From Pocillopora damicornis (Eukaryota), in assembly GCF_003704095.1 (NCBI RefSeq), contig NW_020846644.1, positions 1 through 64,000 on the forward strand: 64,000 nucleotides of DNA. Reading direction: 5' to 3'. The first letter of the stretch is position 1. Every line of letters begins with the position of its first letter. Under the pieces are notes generated by a model. The model was not told where the DNA came from, ran no database searches, and worked only from the letters and a program-made list of their open reading frames with translations. Positions 12,601-26,861 of this stretch are shown piece after piece. The position numbers were made by a program, and so were the translations under genes.

Positions 12601-15600
12601 TGAACGGTAACTACCACCACAGACACAGCACATGGGAGTGTTGCTTATATATTGCTTCCTGCTGATTTAATGTCTAATAGTCTTGGTGGATACCAGACAT
12701 GGCGCTTTGCATGTTGTGAGTAGCGGTCGTCTCGTTCCCAGTCCCAGTCCTAACAGAGCACTCTTAGAGAATAAGCGGACCGATATTTCTAAAAAACGAA
12801 CCGAGAGTTTCCTTTAAATTTCATCAGGACAACGTCCACCACAAAAGCGGGATACAGGTAGGAAGCGACTGATATAATCGGACTGATATGTTTACAACGG
12901 AATGATATGACTTGCGAGCTCTGATTTATGGAAGGGTAACCACCAATCCTGCTTTGGCATTGGGTACAACTTACTTCACCAACATCAGTGCACAGACTGC
13001 GACTGAGACAAATGAGCAAAAATGTACGTATGGTTACAGCTGGAGTAAATCATTCTAAATGAGAGAACAAATTTCGCACAGAATACAACATTGCAGCTCA
13101 TACTAATCATATTCAATATTTGTGATAAAAATATTTGCAAAATAAAACTGCAACACGTTTCTTTATTGGAAAGAAACTAACCTGCTGAACTCGTATTTCT
13201 GGCCTATGGTAGAACCCACCGATTAGCATCTTTTTTGAGAAGGTCACTATGTCAGGAGGTTCAATAAGACCCCAGTGTTCGTGTGCCCTGCCGGGTCAAT
13301 AAAAAGATATCGTATATAAATTTTTGGCTTTCATTATGTTCTTAGCATGTGCAAAAATCGTAAAAAAGGCGGCTCCTGCGTGTCAGATGTCATTTTCCTT
13401 AATTCTTTCTTAAAGAAGACTTCAAGTCAAACTGAGAAAAAATATTGAGCAGTTACTAAAATTTCAGTAAGGAAAATGTATTATGTATACCTGTAAACAA
13501 AATGATTAAGAGAATTTCGTGTAAAGGCAACAAAATTTACGAACTAAAAGACCTATACAGATAAGAATCAAGGGGCATAACTGAGACATCTGACTCGCTA
13601 AAACGTAGACAACAACACGTATACAACACGGGACGCTGCACGCTCTGCAGTGATTTAACATTTAATGATCGAGGTCACCACAGTTTTTCACATGCAGGGT
13701 TAACGAGGCTGATATGGCAACTCCAAAAACATGGATCCTCTTGATCAAGAAAGAAAGCCGCGACTCAACGGCACGGCAGTGGACCGATGAGGGAATTCAT
13801 CATCGAAATGCGCCAATGACAGCTTTTGAAAACCAACCAATCACAGCAAAGCATAATGCAACATAGGGCAACCACTAGCCCTCACCGTCTGAAGAAAACT
13901 AGCACTCTGCAGTTCACACGTTGCAATTCTCATCGCGACAAAAACTGGTTTGAAATTTTTGGGCGAGTTTCGTTTCCATGATAAAAAAAAATTGCAGAGT
14001 ATAACAATCAGAACCCGTCATTTGCGCATATATTTTGAGGAAGAAGGAAACATTAGGAATGCGTCATTATTACGTCTAAGTGGAACTACTCACTACCTCC
14101 GCTACATTATGTGATTGCTGACTGTGTGGGAAGGAAAATGTTTCACTCGAGGTCATGTCGTACGCACCAAGCGCAGCAAGGTCCTTACGACAAACCGAGA
14201 GCCAAATATAACAACAGGGAATTTAGCCCTTGGTCATAATGGTACCCAGCGTGGCGATCTCAAACTAATAATTTTCAAAGACGCGTTCGAGCTCGGTAAA
14301 TAGAGGTTAATATTCATACTTACCAGAATTTACCGGTACTTCCACATCCTGTCTGTACTTCATCAACGATAAACAGAGCATCAAACTGCCAGAAAAGAGT
14401 TAAGATCATAATAATAACAATAATAGTAATAACAATCTTTCTATGTTAGTTTGCTTTCGCGTGAACTGGTGTGCTGTTAACGACATAAAAACAAATCAAA
14501 AAAATAAAAGAACGTTACACTCAATAAATTTAACTGAACGTTAACGTGAGGAAACAACCAGCATACTTAGTCACTTTTGTTGTGTATGTGAAAAAGTTTG
14601 CGTGCATATGTAAGTATAGATGTACAGCCACTCATGACGACCCAATTTCATGGATAGATGGGATTCTCTAGTAACCAGGATCACTGGATTCTCACCTCTT
14701 TAGCGATCCTCTGAAGAGATTTAAAGAAGTCAGCACTTGCATGGTTATCTCCTGAAAGAAAATCTAATATTTCAAGAAATATAATAATATAAATAGGAGC
14801 AAAAAATATTCGGTGTGTAGCCAGGCATATTAAAAATTTTGGTAAAAAGAATTAAATCAAAGTGCTCTGTGAGCAAACTCGTGAATTGACACACGATTCT
14901 TTGGATTATGTTTAATGTTATCTGGTTTAGGGAATATTATGGTTGATTGTCATATCTAGAGTACGAGCAGTAGTTCAGTGTTCGCTAATGTAGCAAAGAA
15001 ACAAAGTAACCTTGGGATAAGAAGGCATTACAATTGAAATGATCATGCTATTGCATTTGACAAGGGTGGATGATGTCATGTGTTTCAAACGTATATCATT
15101 TCTGTTTCTGGTTCAAAAGAAAAGGTTGGAAGTAAATGTGGGTGAAAAGTGAAATTTACTGTCTATCATTGTAAATATTAGAAAAGCAAGGCAATACTGT
15201 CTTAATGAAAACATTAACGATTCCCTCTTTATCAAATGAGACAAACGGGAACGAGTTTTGAGTGATATAACTAAGCCAAGATTGCCACCGTCATTTTGGA
15301 TCTCCGCCTGGGTAGATTTTAGTCACGTGCTGGGTAACGTATAATCAATAACAAGATAGAATTTCATTTCAGGCCTATTTATCAATTTTGTGGTGTGTAA
15401 CTTTCGCATTTTAGTACGTAATGTGTATTTTGAATCTTCAAATTGTCTTGAAACGTAAAAGAAAATTGTTCTTTAAAAATTCACTGAAAATCGGTAGCTA
15501 AAATTGTTTGTTTAGGTGTTATTTGATTTTCGTGTTAACTTGTAATTTCGTTAGTCGCCGGCATGTTCTGTTGCTTCACACGGAAAAAACACACGATACG

Positions 15601-18600
15601 AAACGTAATGATCGATTTTGTCCTCGATCTCACGCCGTAACAGAAAAAGCTTTTGAACATCTGTAAACTCCGAGCGCTTCGCAGTAAGTGAAATTTTCAA
15701 TGAATCTTGGGATTGTTCTCAAGTTTAAGGATTGTAAATTACAATTTTATGAAAAACGAAGGTTGTTCCGTTATTTCAGTGTGAATCCTTGCATGCCTGC
15801 CAGTCACTGGCGCCGCTTGTTGAAACTAAAACGAAAAAAAAAACTCTTTTAAGATTATCATTGGCTTCTTTGTCACCCCACCACTATTCTTAGCAACAAA
15901 GGTCGCCATTTCGTTTGTTTATTGCTCGCCACTATCAAATGCACTCAGAAGCCTAAAATCGAAAAAAAGTTTACAGGAATCGAACAATTGAGCGAGCGAG
16001 CAAGTGTCATTCCCCACATCGTATCTAGAACTCGCTGTTGCGCATGCGCGCAATTCACGAGTTAAAAAAGGTGACACTGGCCGAAAAATATATTGTTCTA
16101 GACGTTTCGTTTAGCCAGTGTCAACTTTTTTTTTTCTTTTTACCAAAAATTTTAAATAGAAGCAAATTTGATTCCCTGTTGTTTACACTCTTACCGCCTT
16201 CAGCTTGAATGGGTTCGACGATTATTCCTGCAACTGGTTTGCCTGCATTATTACTATCAAAGATAGCTTGACGAGCCTATTGTAGAGAAACAAGAATAAT
16301 AAATAAGCAGTTTAAGACTGCATGCAGCTACTGATATTCCTTTAAGTTTCACGATGCGCCTATCACATCAGTTAAGACATTTCAGCAAGGAAAAGTACTG
16401 TTTTTTATCATAGGCAATCCTTAAATGATCGTGAGGTGTTTATCGTCTTCTGCTGTCTTCTATAGTGTCAGCAATAAGCCTGATATCACAAAAGGGGAGA
16501 ACTCAAATGTGTATCGAGTTAGAATGTCAAACTAATAAGATAATCCAAATAAGATACTCCAATTGGGTCGAGATCGGAGGTCTATTGTTATATACCGTCA
16601 CCTACTCGTTCTCTCATTCCTATAACCTAATGGCTACTGTCTCCCATTATAGACTGAGGCAGTAGCCACAACAAGGATGATAACATAATATGTTATTGGA
16701 CATAACCCACAAATCACAAAAGGTGAGAACTCAAATGTGTCTCGAGTGCGCATATCGAACTACTAAGATGGTCCGAAACAAACAGTAAGTAGCACTGGGA
16801 AACATCGGGTCAACATAAAGTCAAAATCGGAATTCTAAAGTTACCATCGCTCACTCTCTCACTCACTCACTCATCTCGAAGATTTACGAGTCTCTTATAG
16901 GTGGGAGAAACCACAAAAACAGAACCACAAGACGTTGTAAGAATTGCAATAGCACCATCATCAGACTTCAAACTATGCCAAATTACATTACCATTTCCAA
17001 ACATTTTTCCTCTTCTGCTTTGTTTTCTCTTTCATAGTTTGCAAGTGGATATTTCAGGACAGGAAATGGCGCCTTCGGCCAATCAAATGTAGGAATGTCT
17101 ACTCTTGCCATTGCTTTTGATCGAGTGGTAGAAAGAGCACCTGAGCAACAAAGAACAAATTCATTGCATTGTGACACTTTCACTGTGCGCACTGATTAAT
17201 GTCTGTTTTTCTACCCCGGAGTTAGACTATTGTTCTCATTGGTTCGTTGGTTCTGTCTAGCCTATGAAGGAGAGATGAAGGGGGGGGGGGGAAGGGTGAG
17301 GAATGTTACCTTTCATTAAATTCAATATCCTATTTTTCCAAATACAGAACTCATTTGAGGTGCAGTCTTAACTATCCCAGCTATATAACGGTGTCACCAA
17401 TCGGCTGTCTCGCGCGAGGGAAGCCCTCTAGAGGGAACCAACGAGTTGCTACTGAGAGAACGCTGGACATAATTTCCACTGTTATTAATCAATCAGATTA
17501 ATTTATCCTAAAATTAAAACCGCGATGTCCAAAGCACCAATCTGTTCACCATTCAAACGCTCCTGGCCAGCCATCATTCCAATGACACGAAGTACTCAGT
17601 TGATACTCACAATTTGGTATAATGACCTTCCGCAACAAGGTTGAGGTCAAAAAGTTAAAAGTCTACATCAACATAGAAAAGAAACTTGCAATAAACGAAG
17701 CAGACGTTTAGAGACGTCTTTCTTAACATTTGAGAATTTGATTGCATTGCTACAATAATAAGTAAAATGTTCTCATTTAAATGTCTGGTAAAGAACGTCT
17801 TTTTGGTGTTTTTGCAGATCAATGCGTATTCCACAACAGTCTTGAATGTGTCCTAGTATTTAAAACAATTTAACTTACCCAGAGTTCGACCATGGAATCC
17901 TCTCTCAAAACCAAGAATTGTTAACGGTGGTGTGCCAGGAGCCTAACAGAGTACAGGAAATTCCCTTTTGTTAAACTATGTAAAAACGAACAAATGTTCT
18001 AGGCATCAAAAATCACTTGTTCCAACTACAAGAGTTTCTGACCTGATGTTTCGAGCGTTCGCCCTTCGTTTTTCGCTCAGACGAAGGACTAATGCTCGAA
18101 ACGTCAGCTTAGAAACCCTTTACGGTGGCCAATTTATATTATCAAGTCAGTTGATTAAACCAAAGAAACGTCTACAGCTGATGATATTTTCCTTGGACAC
18201 CTTTGCAACTAAAGATCTAGCAGGAAATCCTTATAGCTCAACCCTCGAGACAGAATAAATTTGTCTATTGTGCCAAACCCGCAGGTACTTAAACACCCTT
18301 CGACACTGTCTATCAGCGATTTGACCCAAGTCGCTGGTCCACAACTATTTTTCTTTGCATGCCACTTTCGTTTTTATATTTGGTCTCCACTAGTAAATGT
18401 CGTCGCGCAGTAATCGGCCTGTGGATAGCGTTGTGGAGCTATTTCAGCTCGAGATGGTTTCAGAAATACCCTTTAAGTACAGTAGTCTTACGAGATAAGC
18501 GTTCGACGGAGTTCACACTCATTTCAGTTGTTTTAGTAGTTTACTGTTTGGTCTGATGAGGTCATCGTTACTTTTTTTCTTGGGGAAGACATAGCCGGCC

Positions 18601-21600
18601 AAGGTATTCCTCTAAGGGATAAACTGTCTGGTTTGTTGCAAACTAGTCTTGGCTTTGAGTAATGTCAAGTTGTAGACGATTCGTTTAGTTATCTGTCAAT
18701 ATGCGACCGTTTCCTAGAAACTATTTTTCGTGGTGAGCTTTCGTCACAGCTTATCGAGCAGTCCAAAAGACAGAGACTTCTTTCCTCTTCAACTTCGTTG
18801 GTCAACTGTGTGTCGGCATTCTATTTGTTGAGGTGGTCATAGAAAGCGTTTATTTCGTCTTTATGCGCGGCAGTAAAAGCATCATCAGAGTTAAGTAACC
18901 AGAGTGATATTGTTTGTGGGCAAGTCGTAATTTTTGCAAAATCACAATTGCCATAAAGGAAACCAATTCATGACTTTTCTAACTCCATTGATCAGTCTTC
19001 GCGATGAACTTTTGCTCTTTGAATTAAATCATTTTCCTTGTAAAGTAAAACTTTGTCAAACCAAGAATGAACTGACAAAAGATGGAAGAAATTCCCGTAG
19101 CAGTTCTGAACAAGCGAGTGAGTCAATCCTTTCGCTCGAACCGAAGATCGCGAGGGCCATGAAATTTTTGTCCATTCATTATCAAGTAGCATAAATTTAT
19201 GGACCGATCTATTCAATGGAAGTGTATTTCAGGAAGGCGATGTTTTGATCAACATAAAAACAGCAATAACAGATGCATTGCCACTATATTGTCGAGACAG
19301 AAAAGAGACCAAGGGACTGAGACCTTTGAAAGACAGTGATGATGAGTAAGTATGGTTTTAATAACATTGCAATGCTGAAATTTTTAAAACAAAATGTTAA
19401 TTGAACTTAAAACACATTTCACTGCCTAGAGTTACTCTATACATAGTCACAAGATCCTGGCGTTGTGGCAGAAACATGAAAATATCCCATGATCACGGGC
19501 CTAAAAAATCGAACTACGAAGTCAGAAAAATAAGTGTTGTTGTAGCGTTGCCAGCGAAGAATTTGTTCCTCGGGCTCGGCATCATCAAGTTAATCCAAGT
19601 TTTTCAAATTTGAAAACGATATCGTTAGTAACGCATTTGAAACTAGCTTTATATGTAGAATAATGCTGGACTGCCGGTGTTTAAATCTTCAAAGTTTTAA
19701 ATAATTAAAATAACTCAAAGAGTTACACCACCTGAGATCTCATGCAGCTTGTTAGGTCCTCCAAGGAGGGTTCAGGATTACCACGCTGTTTAGCCTAAAA
19801 TGAGCGAATAAAAATCTTGGGATCATGAGCGTTTCCTCGAATGTATCTTCTACAAAAAGATGATAAAAAACACACAGACACACGCACTCACTGTACAAAT
19901 AAGAGGCTGATAACTTGCCGAGTTTGATTCAAGGTAACCTCAAATTATGAATTCGCAGATGTGAAAGAAAGCAGACTGGAGTGCTGAATCAGATTATAAT
20001 GACAAATGACTCAAAACTGATAATCTAAGCTCAAGAAACCATGTCATTTTCATCTCTGATTGTGATTCCAAAACGTTACATAATCTTCGGAAAACTGTCT
20101 TAAATGTACTTAAAACTAAACTACAGACAGCTCGGAACGTAAACTGAGGGACACTTTTGTAAAGGGAAGCACACCGCGAAGTTAAAAAATAACCGCTGCT
20201 TGAGTTATAACAAAAACGAATTACTTGAGTCAGTATCGTCTCTGGGTAATTCCCAACAGTTCAAAGTGACCGCTAAGAGAAGCAAAAAAAATGTAGTGAG
20301 ACTCTATTACATCCCAGATAAGCAACCAGGTTTCTAGTAAGATTGAAAAAAGGTATCATTGTCGAATTCTTAGCACATTCGAAGACAGTTGCGACAGGTT
20401 AGGTTCTCTCTGGAGTCTCGAACCACGGTGAGCAGCACACTGATTTTTACGCTTACCTTTTAAAGATAGATATACGAACAATTTGATCTTAGAATAGATG
20501 AACAAGGTGAAAGTGGAAATTCAAAGTTACAATTTAAATTAAAAAGATTGAAAGGGTTGATAGAGGATTGTTACTAACCTTATAATGCATAAAAGCCAAT
20601 TTAAAGGCATTCTCTACTGAGCACGTTCCACAAGCCATTGTAGTTACCTCAGGAAGTCCAGGTGGGGCTACCTGTAAAATAAATTACGAATGGATCAAAT
20701 CCAAATAATCATGTCATAAAAGTTAAAGAAATCAGTGAAATTTGTTTAAAAATCATTTTAATTCTGCTTTTCTTCTAAATATGAACGCGAGTGCATTTCG
20801 TGATTTATGGGCACGAGTGATGTTTTGAAAGTTCTCAAAATTGCACGAGCCGTAGGCGAGTGCAATTTGAGAACTTTCAAAACATCACGAGTGACCATAA
20901 ATCACGAAATGCACGAGCAGGTTCATACGATTTTTTATTTATTAAATTCTCGACAAAATTACTCCAACATTTTATCGAGTTGTTCGTGCTCGTATTCCTC
21001 CATTTTTGGGTTTACTTTTCGTTGAGTCGCCCATGTTTGCCAGACATTTAACCAGGTCTGTGTAGCTTTCAACGTGTTTTTGTTTTTCGCATTTTCTTTA
21101 AGTTGCTCAACGATGTTTTGGTTTGACAAAGCAAACCGGCTGTCAGCCATTTTTTTATAATTTGGTGTTCAAATTTGGCGCTTCCCCGGTGTTTCCATGG
21201 CAACTTCTCCGTATTGCACTCTATAACCTCTATTGCACTCTATAACCTACTTATGCATTCATCATTGACCAATCAGAAACGCAATATTTTGTTGAGTATA
21301 TAATAAATTCGTGTATTCAAACTAATTTGCACGAGCTTGCTTCATATTCCAATTGTGCTCGCTTATGACATCAGCAAAGAAATGCTTAGTGAAAAAAAAG
21401 AAAAAAAACACTGGCACAGCACGTCGTAATACAGCCGCGAATTTTTGTCAAATGGTTTTCCGTTCCATTCTGATTGAGATTGTATTGAGACAGACTTTGA
21501 GGAGCTCGAAATTAAAAGTACACATGCTAAAGGACACTGGATTTGGAGAAAGATAGATGGAATGAGCTTTCAAGTAAACAATACTTCGATTCCATTCTTT

Positions 21601-24600
21601 TGACTGTTAAAAATTACTTTTAAGTGTCCATATATCCTAGACGCATTGTTCAACAGAAATCTTGTTTTAAATCTGACAACTTCAATAATTGAATTGTCAT
21701 AACATCAGTATTTGTCAGGCGACGAGGTTGAATAGTTACTCAAAACTAGCTGTTTCTTTCTCAAACTTACACTTAGCAGTGCATCTTTTAAATCTTGAAG
21801 AAAGGAGACAGGTGGATAGAGACCCAAGGCTGCTCGGTTGACAAAGGATGACTGTTATAAAGAAAAGATGAGTTTAACAGTAGGTTCTTGTATAACAGAC
21901 AAACGTAAAGCCAAAAACAACACTTAATGGCATAACCACTGAGAATGGCACCTCTATCTACACCAGAACGAGGACCGACACCTACAGATCACCTACAGTG
22001 TGTACTAAGGACTGTTGAAATTAATTTGATACAATTTTGTTTTGATGTCTGCCTCTGTAGTCCATTCAAAAGCAATCAGGTCCCTAATTGCCATCTACCA
22101 CCTTGACACCAACCTATTGCACTAACCACATAGATTTAGCCACCCTAACTGTGTGGATACCTCCTGTCCCTCTGTGGCATTATGGAACAATCTACATCTG
22201 TTCAAATATCTATACTGATATTAAAAGTAATAACTACTCACTAAAGTGGAGGTGGCTATGGTGGTGGATTATTTACTAAGCTATAACTTTGTCTGAATTG
22301 TAAACTCTAGTGACTACACAGCCTACAATGCATGTATTTAAAAGCAAAAACTAGCCACCTGCCATTCCAAATGTGATCTATTTCATTGTTTGATGTTTTA
22401 TTTACTAAGAAACTGGAGCAGGATAGGAGAACACATGTGAAGGTCATCAAAACCCCTCCTCTGCATCATACACTCTCCAACATGTTCAGTTTTGTGATTA
22501 TTAGCTGATGGCATTGAGCTCATCTTTCTCAGAAAAAAAAAACAGTCTTCCCATTTTGCAAGACACAGCAAAGGTAACTTCTGCCTAATTTTCAGCCAAC
22601 AGATGACTATAATCCCCTACAGCCCTGTTCCCCAGGACTATTATGACACCCTTCCATTCCTTCTGACCCAGTGAGCACCTCTGACCTTCGTGCTTGTTAT
22701 CCTATTACACAGTGCTTTGATATATATGTGGCATATCTTTGGTTTTGTTTGTATTGTTTATATGGGAACACTATCCTGACAAAAAGGGGCAAATCAATAT
22801 TTAATTTAGTTAACAGGGATGAAGGAATTGTGTTACAACTGACCTCATCTTGTTGTGTATCTCTTTCTCAACTGGATCATGTGTCTCAAGACATAATCAT
22901 TAGTTATCCCCACCCATTATAATATTGGCATTATATACATGCCAATAGTGATAACAAAATCTCATCTTCACAAATTACATCACTGCTGTTAGAAAACACA
23001 TTATAGCATATATCTAATAAACTTGACACAAATTTTCTGCAAAATCACAGATCTAAATCAATGCTGACTATCAAGTCTTGCTGACTGTAGATTATTGCAT
23101 TGCACCACCACCTATGATAAAACATTATTTATCACAATTGTCACTTAAGAGTTTACTTTGAATATATTTCAATTAGTCATTCATCTTACCACATTCTTTG
23201 GATCTTGTAAAGCTTTAACCAAAGCAGGGTGATTATAACCTATGTTAAAGGAAGATGATTAAGATTAAGAGTAAGGCACAAAGATTGAGCAAGCACATCA
23301 AGCAAGTCATTTATGTTTTTCCTGACTAGCCCAGACAGACACTCCAGATGGAATTACAGTCAAGTCGCCGACAATTCAACTCGCTTATGTATAAAATTGA
23401 TTAGAGACATTGGTGAGTTGGTCTTCAATCCAGTACAACTTATCAGAAGTTTAACACATAGAAAAGTAAAAGGTCTTTAGGAAAAAAGCAATTTTTTTCT
23501 TCCAACAAAGTTTATAAGGATCTCATGATGAATAAAGCCAGGTAAACATCACCAGTGACTTAGAAAGCTTCAGACATGAACGAGATATTATTGAGCGTGA
23601 CAACAACACTGTAAAACTCAAATCACTGTAAATCTCTCATTATGTCAATCGGTCAGATTTTTTTTTAAAGAAACTTGGCTTTCTGGACAAGATATTCATT
23701 TAAAAAAAACCAATTATTTTTATTTCCAACAAAGTTTATAGGGATCTCAAGGCAAATAAAGCAAGGTGAACATTGCCAATGACCAAAAAAGTTTTGGACG
23801 CGAACGAGTTATAACTCGTTGGCGTCTGAAGCTTTCTTAGTCATTGGCGATATTTACCTCGCTTTATTTGCCATGAGATCCTTATAAACTTTGCTAGAAT
23901 AAAAAAATTGATTTCTCCTAAAGATCTTTTACTTTTCTATATGTTTAACCTCTGATAAGTTCAATACTTGATTGAAGACCAACTCGCCGACCATCAAGAT
24001 TGATAGCTGAGCATGCTTAAACTTAAATCTGTCACCATTTTGCAATCTTTCCACATTGTATTCTCTTCTGCTGTCCTCTTATTAAGCAGTACAAGGCCAA
24101 TGGATGTTATGGGTATAGTTGCCAGAAACCCTAGATTCCATTCCATACAAACTGCATTGTTTTATACTGTTCAATACACCTTTTTATATAACACTTGTGC
24201 TAATGTATCAAGCCATAATGTTTGTTCACATCCAGATCTTGCAGTTCAGAAACCCTATGGAACCTCCTTAAACCAAAATTACACATTTTAAAGTATTTCA
24301 AAGATTGAGTAGGATTGATGTGATTTCACAGGCATAGAAACTCACAATTGCCCACCTCACAATGCAGGAAACAGTCAACAATATTAAAAAAATGTAGGCT
24401 GTGAAGCCTTGGGTCACTGAGCTGCAGGCCATGAGGGGCTTGCTTTTAGCAATACCTTTTCCATTATTCAGTAACAATAAGGGGTAAAATTATTCAAGAA
24501 CTTATATGCCAACTTAGAAAACAATGCACTCCTTAACTCAACAAACCTAATGGAACAGAAGCAATTTGTTGAAAAACATCTAACAAAACATTGCCATCAG

Positions 24601-26861
24601 CATCAACAATGAAGTTTCCTAAACTCTTCTCAAAATCAACAAAATATGACATTCCCTTTGTCAGCTGAAAAAAGGAAAAGAAAAAAGAACTGTCTAAAAA
24701 AAATTAATTTAACAATTTTCCAAGTGGGAATGAGGCCTATTGCAGTAAAAAGCTATTGAAACCCTTGCCATTGGGCCCTGACTCCATTATAATTCATTTT
24801 TACATTAAACCTGCTGGTAATTCATACTTATTCTACAGTTTGAAAGATCAGTTACATGTACACAGAGTAATATGACTGAACACATTATACTGTTAATGCA
24901 AATCAAACAGTCAGCAGCAAGGACTGTCCATACAGTGAGCTCAACATTCCATAAATCTAACAGCGATGTTAAAATTTGACTCAAACTCAGATCCTCAAAG
25001 CCTGCCAATGCATAGCATTGTGGCCAGCAAGCATGAGCTAAGTTCCCACAACTGCAGCTACAAAAATATCACCATACAAATCATATAACAAAGCAAACCT
25101 GTACGTGAGACAGCTCTGCCATCAACTCCTGCCATAGAACCAGCAGAATCAAATTATTTTACAAACATTGTTAAGGTAATAGCTAATTATTCACAAACCA
25201 TCCACAAAAAAATGGCTGAGGATAATCAAATATATGAATGTTACAGCCTAATAAAGAAAGACTCCAACTTGGAGGATTCATTGAGGGTTGCAACAACCAC
25301 ACTAGTCAATGTATCACTGGCTAGAATTCCAATGAACTTGATTTAAACTTTTACTATAAATTAATCATAATGTTCCTTCAGTTGGATTATTGGAATAAAA
25401 ACTATTCACATAGTCTGTTATACTAAATACAATCCCAAACTAACTAAATAAGTTTACTTGTGAGCGTGGTCCTGGAATTGCAGTCTTAATTGCTGGCTTG
25501 TCATACTCTTGAGAAGGTGAAGAGAACCTGGCAACCAATTTCTGAGCACCCAAACACTCTAAAACAAAACAATCAACTTGTAGCTTAAATAGTGGATAGA
25601 CAGTGAACTGTAATTAAAGTTTTAAGCACAGATCCTTTCATGCACTGCTGCAAAGTTTTTGTGCAGTCATTAAATGGAACATGATAAATGTGACAGAAGC
25701 ATAAATCATCATGGTGAATGAGAATTTGAAATTTCTGTGAGGATGTCACATCCAGACTAAAGATGAGATCAGAGCAAGTGGACTCAATCTATATGTAGTA
25801 GCTCTAGAGGTAACACCAGCAAGCAATTATTGTGAAGTAATTGGCCTCACAGACCCAGACAACATAAGTGCTGCAGCAAAAGAAGAGGAAAAGTTTGACA
25901 AATTTCAGGACCTAGTGAGAGAGATGGAAAAAAATATAAAGGTCCCCAAGCAAGTTAACATTCCACATGGTTTTGGGGAAATTATAGTCTCAAAGTATTG
26001 TCAGGTCCAGCAGGCCACTGGCGACCCTTCTCAGGCCAGTTGTAATTACCTGGCAATCTAACCTTCCAGTGAGAAGGTCCATGGCAGGTTTGGGATCCAA
26101 CTCAAAAAAAAGTTTGCAGTGTCTCACCATGGCTTTCTCTTAGCAATGGGGCACCAAATAGAGTTAACTAACCATGGCACGTGCTGAACACTAATGATGA
26201 CAAATTCCCAAGCTCTCGACATACTTAACTTTAAACCGAGGAAAGTGACTGTACTAAAAAAATGCTTCTGTAACACATGGGATCCGTCAAACACGTGATA
26301 CACCTTTTGGTAATGGAAGATCAGGGTAAATGAGATGTCTATATTGAGTGTCCCACCTCAACCCACCCGTCCCAAAAAAAAATTGCCTTCATATTCTGCG
26401 GTTTTTCTGAGATGTTCTGGTTTTCCAAATTTGTGAATGTGTCACCCGCCAAAACCGCTACCACACGACCTGGAACGTTGGGAAACAACAAAGTCTCAGA
26501 GAGCCTACTACAGGGTGAAATGGTGAGTCAATTTCGTAATTGACGTCTTTTTAACTCAACAGTACTCGCGAGCAACAGTTACATTCACGTTGATTTCGTG
26601 GCATGAACTTTAAGGCCACGGGAACCTATTCGAATGCATAATTTCGACTATGCCTTTTCCCAAGCGCTCCAGCCATTTTAAATCACTGGTCTGATCATTT
26701 CCTCAGTAAAGTCGAGACCAATTAAAATTTTTAAAATTATATTTCTACACTAATTGACACAGCGAATAATAAGAGAGGGTTTTCTTACCTGCAACTCCTG
26801 TTCGTTTGAACAAACAGTTTAATGTTCCCTGTATATTTGCTCGTGATCCGAAGACAGCCAT
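9699..26861 (-). CDS. ABAT: 4-aminobutyrate aminotransferase, mitochondrial (GABA-T), 503 aa
   Basis: 17 exons: 26789-26861, 25458-25558, 25099-25128, 24547-24664, 23190-23239, 21771-21851, 20579-20671, 19732-19794, 17879-17942, 16992-17140, 16195-16276, 14696-14751, 14324-14385, 13182-13287, 12323-12469, 10553-10664, 9699-9823 (1512 nt, all GT-AG, phases consistent). Motifs [45 protein letters not shown] (PLP lysine), [14 protein letters not shown]. Confidence 0.97.
10261..10320. repeat. Perfect 20-bp x3 tandem repeat
   Basis: atttcaacaatccacgtcca three times, in the last ABAT intron. Confidence 0.95.
11177..11615. mobile_element. Tc1/pogo-like MITE nested in an older repeat
   Basis: TIR pair cggtagaaccccgcaaactcgaac / gttcgagttagcggagttctactg, with TA on the left flank. 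Confidence 0.65.
18043..18162. mobile_element. Penelope-derived short fragment with an inverted pair of hammerhead-like motifs
   Basis: ctgatgtttcgagcgttcgcccttcgt (inverted copy) directly followed by gctcagacgaaggactaatgctcgaaacgtcagc and the PLE tail ctttacggtggccaattt. Confidence 0.7.
20770..21305 (-). mobile_element. Crypton-like non-autonomous element with an internal ~145-bp palindrome and a truncated ORF
   Basis: Hairpin 20781-20926. ORF 20959-21150 (MADSRF...[20 protein letters not shown]) resembles the N-terminus of DUF3504/Crypton proteins. Confidence 0.55.
23412..23988. repeat. Foldback / long inverted-repeat element
   Basis: ~165-bp diverged inverted arms (about 23412-23576 and 23823-23988), a third internal copy (about 23720-23805) and the palindrome aacgagttataactcgtt at 23803-23820. 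Confidence 0.75.
25630..25990 (+). mobile_element. Fragment of an RLE-type non-LTR retrotransposon endonuclease region
   Basis: Degenerate NENLKFL*..HIQT and P.....[15 protein letters not shown], resembling the restriction-like endonuclease end of R4/NeSL-type ORFs. Confidence 0.6.

Noticed and set aside
18250-19620. Possible nested gene or transposon in an ABAT intron
   Set aside because: The composition differs from the flanks, but I could not identify a protein motif, TIRs or a TSD.
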